DNA from: a virus | Virus record (IMG/VR): IMGVR_UViG_3300032268_000887 | Location: 1 to 64,000 of that record | Direction: 5' to 3' (one strand) | DNA length: 64,000 nucleotides | Part shown: piece by piece, positions 57,201 to 64,000 of the stretch | How positions within the stretch are numbered: position 1 is the first letter of the stretch | Layout: each line of letters opens with the position of its first letter | Made by a program: the position numbers and the translations under genes | The notes under the pieces: generated by a model | Seen by the model: the letters and a program-made list of their open reading frames with translations, nothing else | The model's database searches: none | What the model was told of the DNA's origin: nothing

Positions 57201-58353
57201 CTTCATCAAAAATAGATATAGTTCCATTTGAGGCAAGTAGTTGTCCTACTGGCATAGCCCCTTGAGACATATCGGACATTGTCTTTGTTATTGAAAAATC
57301 TAAAACGTTGTTTGAAACATTTATAGCAAGTCTTGGAGATATCTCAATTAAATCAAAGACTGAGTCAAATTTATTCATTGATAAAACTACTACTCTTATT
57401 CCGTCAATATATTCAAACTCATTATAAAAAAATGTATTATCACTATTAGTTGTCTTTAGTGGGTTAGAAATTTTTGTAACAAATGGGGTTTCATTGTCAA
57501 CTGTTTCAGATTTTAAAAACCATTCATTGTTTAAATATGATAATTCTAAATATCCATCTGGACCAATAATATCAGAACCATCTGCTCTTGTATCATTTTG
57601 ATTAATACTTAAAATATCTATCCAGTTATTATTCTTTAAAACTTGTATTTTAAATCTATTTGGAACGGTTTTATTTTCATTGCCATAAAATGGACTAGAG
57701 TTTGTTCCAAGAATATCTTGAAAATTTCCTGGATCTTCTTGTCCTACGTTAGTTTGCATTTTTATTACAATTCTGTTGCAAGGAACGCTTTCTTTATAGA
57801 CTACAAAGGGGCATGAGTCTTCTATATAATTAATGCCATTTACTTTGTTGTTTGCAATTCCCCTCTCAATTCCATCTTCTTTTCTATAGGATGTCCAATA
57901 TTTAAAAATATCATTTCTTGAAGACATGTAGTATCTTGGGGCATTATTTCCAAACATAACATTTGTTGGTATATATTTTTTAGTAAAAAAAGACATCTTA
58001 TTAATGCCAGACCTTGGTCTAAAAGGTTTAATACAATCTTCTAGCGAGTAATATAAAGATCTTTTTTGGTCTAAAGATTTAAAAATTTGTGGAGTAGCGT
58101 CAGTATTATATGTATTTTGTTTTTGTTCATAAGACAATTCGGCATCTGTATAATAGTCTCCGCTATCTTCTAAATCAAAAGTATTTGGAATATTTCTATA
58201 AATGCTAGAATTGTTTTGTGGTCTATATCTATAATTTCCTATCTTTTTTATATTGCCAGGAGTATTCATATTCCATTCAGCAATAACAATTGACCTCAAA
58301 GAAACATCGCTAGATGTTTTTAAATAATCTACAAGATCGCTATTACTAAACAT
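54223..58353 (-). CDS. large tail/baseplate hub (Tal-like) protein
   Basis: 1376 aa, two genes after the TMP; MFFDEYN; PIIQLGDIVKI C-terminus. Confidence 0.6.
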   Translation of the reverse strand: MFSNSDLVDYLKTSSDVSLRSIVIAEWNMNTPGNIKKIGNYRYRPQNNSSIYRNIPNTFDLEDSGDYYTDAELSYEQKQNTYNTDATPQIFKSLDQKRSLYYSLEDCIKPFRPRSGINKMSFFTKKYIPTNVMFGNNAPRYYMSSRNDIFKYWTSYRKEDGIERGIANNKVNGINYIEDSCPFVVYKESVPCNRIVIKMQTNVGQEDPGNFQDILGTNSSPFYGNENKTVPNRFKIQVLKNNNWIDILSINQNDTRADGSDIIGPDGYLELSYLNNEWFLKSETVDNETPFVTKISNPLKTTNSDNTFFYNEFEYIDGIRVVVLSMNKFDSVFDLIEISPRLAINVSNNVLDFSITKTMSDMSQGAMPVGQLLASNGTISIFDEDLSFNENNENSIIKNYLNKNIKFVFYENIYNDDFTIDYFVPIKTLYSDNFPQASDDGSLVSIELRDFYFYFESQTAPRMLLTDVSLSFAISTLLDSVGFSNYTFKRIGLEKDPTIPFFFIAPDQTLAQVLNDLAVSTQTAMFFDEYNNFTVMSKNYIMPNAGERESSFTLVGTNNQAKLGQIKNKQTSSELPNIISISSNDKKIYNDGKINYTQRYIQRSYGSIKQSTLIDKEKTWIYKPSLLWEASGQDVLKTINSQVAKQSSLALSAMPINSNLPALVPSVVNRSIINNVVDLGENIYWITQHKGYFYSNGEILRYDAVQFNVTGTGNVWISNNQEYQEYMASLPFNGKIYPTGLIRILANPYYETIDGETKIKNGPVFEHGRGQFGTLISEHLSGISSHWTENTYLRGCTMKSEYLFTTNSTIEYPLNLTEGAAGINNVLAKKSSRTGIVRNFMASNYLTETELNSLQSTQSGTMQSSALVMSGPSFTSTDTPIDFISYVYKPLNNSYKHFGTRIRIVGNQGSNEDRLQTPIGSSAYYQVPTTQPNQNSSIGGGSGGLGLMINPETNNGYYFEIVALTEKNVESYLKVNSDGSSENSISNIVFYKIKKDSSGNAIPIKLWSGLTNVLVDDGKFTGQYRKSGEENPTVYDLAVEYSNVGTTRKFYLYINNKLVGIVDDAEPLPAYNNVSLFVRGSSKCMFENIYALGENYSQNTVFNVTDSISSVFGANQVNANSALRKYAMSGIVQSTYLSGISSLEPPRYNMYYDEFGSIFREVASFNIKYDKAYPALYAKMSPSPSTIKGYVVSGFQADSYGAEFLVFNATDSVLSLDGTGGNFLKIQGITFTQDTTYTLSVDDYFNKKSNFSESNNLDNTTIRSELINIQDYNQIKQSRINYGVSSFTLETPYIQTSSDAENILGWIVEKSMKPKKLVGAEIFSLPIIQLGDIVKIDYNKDGVDLISDSNKQFVIYNIDYKRNVSGPSMTLYMAEV

Positions 58354-58354
58354 G

Positions 58355-58957
58355 TTAAACTTCTTCTAGCGTTAAATTAATATTCCATAGGTCATGAGTA
58401 GTTGATCCTCTTTTTACTACAGAGTAAGAAAAATCTGTAAAATACATTTGAATTATTTGATTGTATTTAGTGTTATCATCATATTTATCATATGCCAAAT
58501 AGACCCAAAAAGGACCTTTATGATTTTCGTACCACTCTAATAATTCTAATCCGCCAGCGCCACCATCAACAGTAAATTCATCGGTAGTTCCCTTAAGAGA
58601 TGTTAGGCCTGATGTATCAAATGCTGGGTTATCAGCGTATGCTTTTGATGGTAACATTTGCCAAGATGTTGATAAACTAATCTTATCTGCAATGTTATAT
58701 GCCCTCATATTTCCATTGATCATTCTTTCTCTTTTTTGTATTCTTTCTTGACTAAAGGCTAGTTCAGCCCTATTATGATCCGACAAAATTAAAAATGTAT
58801 TCTGTTCATCTGTTGGAACCCCCGCTAAATCTGATCCAATTTCATATCCGTCTGGATAATAAAATCCGCTAGATAAAGTTCCTGAATTTTCAGACCAAAG
58901 CATTGCTTGCGGAAGTCCATACTTACGTCTACCTGCTAAATATGCTGAGTTAGCCAT
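58355..58957 (-). CDS. distal tail (Dit-like) protein
   Basis: Directly after the TMP; ends WNINLTLEEV. Confidence 0.55.
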   Translation of the reverse strand: MANSAYLAGRRKYGLPQAMLWSENSGTLSSGFYYPDGYEIGSDLAGVPTDEQNTFLILSDHNRAELAFSQERIQKRERMINGNMRAYNIADKISLSTSWQMLPSKAYADNPAFDTSGLTSLKGTTDEFTVDGGAGGLELLEWYENHKGPFWVYLAYDKYDDNTKYNQIIQMYFTDFSYSVVKRGSTTHDLWNINLTLEEV

Positions 58958-61900
58958 TAGTATGTATTCCCCCTCAATCTTCTAGCATCCATTTGTCTAA
59001 TTTGTGTAATTACTGTTCTTGCAATATCATCTGGACTTGCAGAGGTATCATTTACCCCCACACTTAGACTATAATTATACACTGAAGTGTTGTTGTTATT
59101 TACTGAATTATTATTAATTGCTGTGACTGTAGGAGTTCCTCCAAGAGACAAACTGTCTGGATATTTGGACTCATTTATTCTTTCTAGTAATGGCCCAAAT
59201 TTTTGTGAAGCAGCCCTATTCATAACAAACTCTCCTGGGGTAAGCATTGCACGAACGCTGTCCGTCATTCCGGATCCAGAAACTGAGCCTCCTGATGAAT
59301 ATTTCTTTATAAACCCACCGTACATGTTTCTTTCTCCTGCACGAAAATTTTGATATGCTGCATTATTTTTATATCCTGCCCCTAATGCGCTTGCTGTTAT
59401 GTTTGCGTCTGGGGCCTGTGTGCCAGCCTTTATTGCTGATGAAATTGGCGTACCTACTGTATTAACACTTAATGTTATATTTTTATCTTTAATATCGTCC
59501 CAAAGTTTTTTAATTGCAGCAACAATACCTTCTCCAATTTTAAATCTATCATTGGTTTTATCTGCTTCAAATGCTGCCGCTTGTATAGCCAGTTGTTGAT
59601 TTTCCCATGCTGTTCTTGCTGTATCAATATTTTTAATTCTTGCATCCAAAGCATCTCTAAGCGGTTGTAACTCATTAACCTGATAATTATAGTTTTTATC
59701 TTGTAGCGCTGTAATTTCAGCAATTATTGGTAATCTTTTTTGTTCAAGATTATATATTTTTTCTTCAATTTGCGCCCTAGTAAATCCTCCTGCTGTAAGT
59801 GCTGAAATTTCTGATTCTTTTGCTGTCTGTAAAGCATTAGAACTTATCTGTATGGCATTTGCAGCATCGGTAGCACGCATTTCTTGTGCTGCTCTTGCTG
59901 CAGCAGAAATATCTCCACTTGTTAAAGCATCTGCAAGATTTAATCTTCCTCTTTCTTGTTCAGCAATTTCTTGATTAAGACTAGATATTTTTTCAAGTGC
60001 TTTTTCTTGTTTATCATATTTTTTATTAATATCATCTGCAGCCTTATTAATTATTGCTAAGTCTTGATTAAGTTTTTCAATTGGTCTGTCATAATCCATC
60101 TCAATGCTGCGTTGCTTAATGTCGATTAATTTTTCGTTAGCATCAATAAGTCCGTTAACTCTATCAATTTCTGGTTGAGCAGCAGCCCTTGCTTGTTTTT
60201 CAAGGAAGTCATAATATTTCATTGCCTTATTCATTTGAATATCAAAGGCTTTTTCTGGGTCAGTGTCTTCTAATAATTTTTGTTCTGCAGCCACTCTTTC
60301 ATTATATTTTGCAATTAACTTATCCTGTAACTCAATACTTTTTGCCTGTTGTAGGTCATACATAAATTGTTCATCGCTCATCATTTCTAAAGAGTCTGCA
60401 ACAGAAACTCCAGCCTCTCTAAGCCTAATAAAACCTTCTGTCTGCATCTTTATTGCGGTTATTGCTGTATCAGCCTCTGCAGCAAAACCACCTAAGCCTG
60501 CTTCTTGCATAAGTTGCATAGCCTTTTCTCCAACAGGAGTAAGTTCTACGAATCCCTCTTTAAGTTTTGCAACATTAAGGTATGCTGCTTGAGTTTTATT
60601 GTCTAATCCTTCAATAAAATTAACAAAGTCAAGGTTTGCACCCATGTCATTAAGTTGTTGAATAACACCAGTGAATTTTGTCATATCTCCGCCAGACTCT
60701 TTAAATATTCTATTAAGTTCTCCTATTCCACCTTCTGCATCAATACCTGCATCCCTTGTCATTTTTAATTTTCTTAAAAGATCGTCAAGGGTTGTATCTC
60801 GATCGCCACCGCCTAAGCCAGCACCGCCTGGTTGATTGCCTGAACTTGTTTTTTCTTTAGGAAGATATTCTTTTGTTGCTTTTGCAGCACCTTTATCACT
60901 TATTTTATATGAATATACTTTTTCTCCTTCTTTGTCTACACCTTCTATTTTTTCTATAGATCCTGCACCTTCTGCAATGAGTTGGCTTTCTTTTATATCT
61001 CTTCCTATACCCGTTAAACCAACTAGTTGATCGTCTATGTTTTGTGCTGCTGCTGCATTGGCTGAAGCCAGATCTGCATACCTTGTTTCACGAATTGTTA
61101 CAAATTTAGAAATTGCTTCTTTTTGTATTGAGTCTGGTAAAGCATCAAAATCTTTCCATTGTGACATTAAAAGTTCTAGTGACTTTTCGTCAAGTCCAGT
61201 TCCATTAAGTGCACCATCTTTAAGAGATTGTATAATAATCTTTTTAGATAATTTTTTAGGTAATTTTTCTACAATTGATAGTTTATCTGCTAACTTTACT
61301 AGTCCATCATATCCAACAGTCTCTATATATGCAGACATATTTACTTCATGACCATCTAATACTTGCAGTGCAGCAAGTGCTTCTCCAATTTTATCAAAAG
61401 TTGCAGGATCAGAGTTTATAATTTGTGTAGATATCTTAACTGCTTTTTCTTTATCTAAATCAAGACCTGTAAAAAAGTCTAGCATTGCTACAGTTTTTTC
61501 TGATCCCTGTTTTCTAATTCCAAGGGCAAGTGTTTGTTGTAACTCTGGCAATTTGCCTGCAAATAAATCTAGCAAGGCATTACTTTGCTCTGGATTTAAA
61601 ATTTTATTTTTCAATAACAAAGACATTTGAACTTCAAGTTCTTGGGCTTTTTCTGCTGATCCAAAACCACTTTTTGTTTTTCCACCATCAAGTAGGGAAA
61701 GACCGCCGGTTAAATCACTTAATTTAGAAAGACGTTTTAATGCATTGCTAGCAAGGCCTTCATACTCTGTACCTTTATATGCATCTTTTACTGTTGATTT
61801 AAGAGAGTCAAAATATGCGTCTTCTCGCATATTTGTATCGTTAAATGGCAAATCAATAGCAAATTGATCTTTAGTCTGAATCCTTGTTTTAAATATTTCT

Positions 61901-64000
61901 ATTTCTTTTTGTAGCCTATCGGATAACATGGTATTAATTTTTGAAACATCTGTTGCTTGATTTGTTTCTAAATCTGATATTTGTTGTTTTATTTGAAGTT
62001 GTTTTTCAAGGCTTGCTGTTGTTTCTAATTGCTTGTTTAGTAAATCAATTTGTTTTTGATACATCATGTTGGTCGCATCTGCTTGAGCCTGTATGATTTC
62101 TAAGTTATTTGCACCAACTGCTGCAATTCTTGCTGCTTCATTTCTTCCGGTAGTCGATCCAGACTCTGCTTTTGATAACCTTGTTAATTCTTTATCTGTT
62201 CGCTTAATAGCCTGAGCAATAATTTGTGTTCTAATTCTTAATGGGTCTTTTGCTAAATCTTCTCCATTTGGACCTATAATTGATCTAATATTTCCTTTAA
62301 TTTCAATGCCATATTTTTGATTTCCAAGTTGAATGCCTATTTGTTCTGCTATTCCCTCTGCTTGTTCGGCAGTTAAAACACCATCAGATACATATGTTGA
62401 TAGTTGTAATGCAAAGTCTGATGCTGCTTGTTTTGATCCAAACTTTTCCATATTTTCAACAAAACCTTTAACCATGTTTTTGCCAAGATCGGATTGTAAG
62501 AATTTATCTCCAAACATTGAACCTGCTCTTTGAGCATCATTATATGCTCCAAAAGAGCCAGATCTTCTCCTTCTTTCCATTATTTGCGAAGCACCGACTG
62601 CTCCTGTTATTTTTCCAACTTCTTCCATTTTCTGTGCTGTTCCAGATGTTGCTTTTACGAACTCTGCTTGTTTCTTTGCGCTTTGTTCTAAATTTTTACT
62701 TAATAATAAAAATCCCCCAGCAAGTGCTGCTGCAGCGGCTGCTGCTGCGACATATGGGTTCATTAGCATTGGGAGCATTGATGTTACAGCAGATGCACCC
62801 ATTAATCCCATACCCAAATTATTATTGCCAGTCATAAATGCACCCATAGAGGCCATACCTAACGCACCCGCTGCTGGTCCCGCAACAGATCCAACTCTTT
62901 GTGCACGTTGTGCCCTTTGTTCACGTTTTAGATCTTTAGCACTTTGTGTTGTTGGCTGTGTTAGTTTATCTGTTGCCTCTGTGTTTGCATTTAATGATGT
63001 AATTAACTGTTGAAGTTGTGTGCCAGGAACATTTATATTTGGAGCAATACTGCTCATTGGGGCAACATTGCCCATTTTAAATCCTGATCCTGGCGTAGTA
63101 ACAGAAGGATTCACCCATCCACCATCTGCGCCTAAAGCAAAACTTCCAGGGCCTTTAAATCCAGGCCTAGGAATAACTCTCATAACCTTTGACGCATCCA
63201 AAAGACGAGTATCTCGCTTACTTCCACCTATTTGTGTTGTATCTTTTGTTTTAGAGTTTCCAGTTGATGGTGTTACTTGACTTGCTCTTCCTTTATTGTC
63301 TATAACGCCTTCTCCCGGAGCCACAGCAATTTTAGGCTTTGTGCCACCTCTCATTGCCTCAAGTAAGGCGTTGTCTTCTCTATCGTAACGGGCCTGCTGA
63401 ATTCTACGTATGTCATCTACTATAGTGCTTCCTGTTTTTCCTGCTACAGTAGATGCTGTAGGTTGGTACCCTTGTGCCAAAGATTTATCTGAAAAATAAA
63501 TTCTATTGGCTTTTGATCCACGGCCAAGACTTACTTCTTTTCCATCGTTAGTTTTAATAATAAGACTTTTTGTTGCTGTTGCTCCAGATTGTCTTTGTCT
63601 TGTTTCCACTCTAAAGTCTTTAATAATCCCAGCACGTTTTGCTTGTTCTAAAACTTTAGCGCTAGTCTCAGGAGTAGATCCTAATCCTCTTCCTAAAGAG
63701 TATCCCCCAATTCTGTCATACTGACTTAGCATTTTTTGATATGCTGGAGTAGATTTAATATTGTCAGGAACATTCTTAAAAGCATTTTCTATAACGGCAT
63801 CAGTAACTCTTGGAGATCTTCTTATTTGATCCATCATTGCTGAATCAATTGATTGGGCTTGTGCTGAAGTTAATCCTGAAGGTGCCCACTTATTTGGGCG
63901 ACTTGTCCATTCTCTTTCAAAATCGATTAAAGACACACCATTCTTTGTTGCCAAACCTTTATTTAGGTTAGGATCAAATGAAAGTGCTAAGGAGCCATAT
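58957..64000 (-). CDS. tape measure protein (5' end lies beyond the window)
   Basis: >1665 aa, Ala/Gly hydrophobic patch, long coiled coils, GG.V.G...DSVRAMLTPGEFVM motif. Confidence 0.85.
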   Translation of the reverse strand, partial: YGSLALSFDPNLNKGLATKNGVSLIDFEREWTSRPNKWAPSGLTSAQAQSIDSAMMDQIRRSPRVTDAVIENAFKNVPDNIKSTPAYQKMLSQYDRIGGYSLGRGLGSTPETSAKVLEQAKRAGIIKDFRVETRQRQSGATATKSLIIKTNDGKEVSLGRGSKANRIYFSDKSLAQGYQPTASTVAGKTGSTIVDDIRRIQQARYDREDNALLEAMRGGTKPKIAVAPGEGVIDNKGRASQVTPSTGNSKTKDTTQIGGSKRDTRLLDASKVMRVIPRPGFKGPGSFALGADGGWVNPSVTTPGSGFKMGNVAPMSSIAPNINVPGTQLQQLITSLNANTEATDKLTQPTTQSAKDLKREQRAQRAQRVGSVAGPAAGALGMASMGAFMTGNNNLGMGLMGASAVTSMLPMLMNPYVAAAAAAAALAGGFLLLSKNLEQSAKKQAEFVKATSGTAQKMEEVGKITGAVGASQIMERRRRSGSFGAYNDAQRAGSMFGDKFLQSDLGKNMVKGFVENMEKFGSKQAASDFALQLSTYVSDGVLTAEQAEGIAEQIGIQLGNQKYGIEIKGNIRSIIGPNGEDLAKDPLRIRTQIIAQAIKRTDKELTRLSKAESGSTTGRNEAARIAAVGANNLEIIQAQADATNMMYQKQIDLLNKQLETTASLEKQLQIKQQISDLETNQATDVSKINTMLSDRLQKEIEIFKTRIQTKDQFAIDLPFNDTNMREDAYFDSLKSTVKDAYKGTEYEGLASNALKRLSKLSDLTGGLSLLDGGKTKSGFGSAEKAQELEVQMSLLLKNKILNPEQSNALLDLFAGKLPELQQTLALGIRKQGSEKTVAMLDFFTGLDLDKEKAVKISTQIINSDPATFDKIGEALAALQVLDGHEVNMSAYIETVGYDGLVKLADKLSIVEKLPKKLSKKIIIQSLKDGALNGTGLDEKSLELLMSQWKDFDALPDSIQKEAISKFVTIRETRYADLASANAAAAQNIDDQLVGLTGIGRDIKESQLIAEGAGSIEKIEGVDKEGEKVYSYKISDKGAAKATKEYLPKEKTSSGNQPGGAGLGGGDRDTTLDDLLRKLKMTRDAGIDAEGGIGELNRIFKESGGDMTKFTGVIQQLNDMGANLDFVNFIEGLDNKTQAAYLNVAKLKEGFVELTPVGEKAMQLMQEAGLGGFAAEADTAITAIKMQTEGFIRLREAGVSVADSLEMMSDEQFMYDLQQAKSIELQDKLIAKYNERVAAEQKLLEDTDPEKAFDIQMNKAMKYYDFLEKQARAAAQPEIDRVNGLIDANEKLIDIKQRSIEMDYDRPIEKLNQDLAIINKAADDINKKYDKQEKALEKISSLNQEIAEQERGRLNLADALTSGDISAAARAAQEMRATDAANAIQISSNALQTAKESEISALTAGGFTRAQIEEKIYNLEQKRLPIIAEITALQDKNYNYQVNELQPLRDALDARIKNIDTARTAWENQQLAIQAAAFEADKTNDRFKIGEGIVAAIKKLWDDIKDKNITLSVNTVGTPISSAIKAGTQAPDANITASALGAGYKNNAAYQNFRAGERNMYGGFIKKYSSGGSVSGSGMTDSVRAMLTPGEFVMNRAASQKFGPLLERINESKYPDSLSLGGTPTVTAINNNSVNNNNTSVYNYSLSVGVNDTSASPDDIARTVITQIRQMDARRLRGNTY

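Noticed and set aside
29206-63724. Numerous plus-strand ORFs antisense to long minus-strand genes
   Set aside because: These are shadow ORFs with no motifs or expression signals.
1-64000. Alternative genetic code / stop-codon reassignment
   Set aside because: Genes tile densely under the standard code, all three stops are used as terminators, and no suppressor tRNA is present.
51401-64000. Collagen-like tail fibres as the oxygenase substrate
   Set aside because: No Gly-X-Y repeats occur in this window, though they could exist elsewhere in the genome.

Overview
This window is a 64-kb, AT-rich segment of a large tailed dsDNA phage (Caudoviricetes). Its host is most plausibly a low-GC freshwater Actinobacterium (acI/Nanopelagicales-like). 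That inference rests on a WhiB, actinobacterial-type Zn-ribbon proteins, host-like surface proteins and pervasive leaderless genes. Most genes lie on the minus strand. In reading order from the right end: tape measure (truncated by the window edge), tail/baseplate genes, the replication module (DnaB, DnaG, SSB, DnaE, RecA), recombination nucleases (resolvases, Cas4-like), and small and large terminase. A cell-envelope cassette follows (S-layer-like protein, large acidic surface protein, membrane/lipoproteins, CHAP endolysin), then an HslV-like protease and a roughly 27-kb accessory region with 4 tRNAs. The accessory content is dominated by modification enzymes: 11 2OG-Fe(II) oxygenase genes in two subfamilies plus a JmjC-like cupin, a NodU-type carbamoyltransferase, glycosyltransferases (GT4 fusion, GT60-like, Stealth-like), two methyltransferases, two SGNH-like proteins, a nucleotidyltransferase and a divergent RsmI. 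Non-coding highlights: two promoter-driven ~95-nt RNA candidates ending in the same covarying pseudoknot, a ROSE-like thermometer before hsp20, and at least 16 genes with a strict -10 box + 6 nt + ATG leaderless layout. All family calls come from motif recognition by eye, not database searches.
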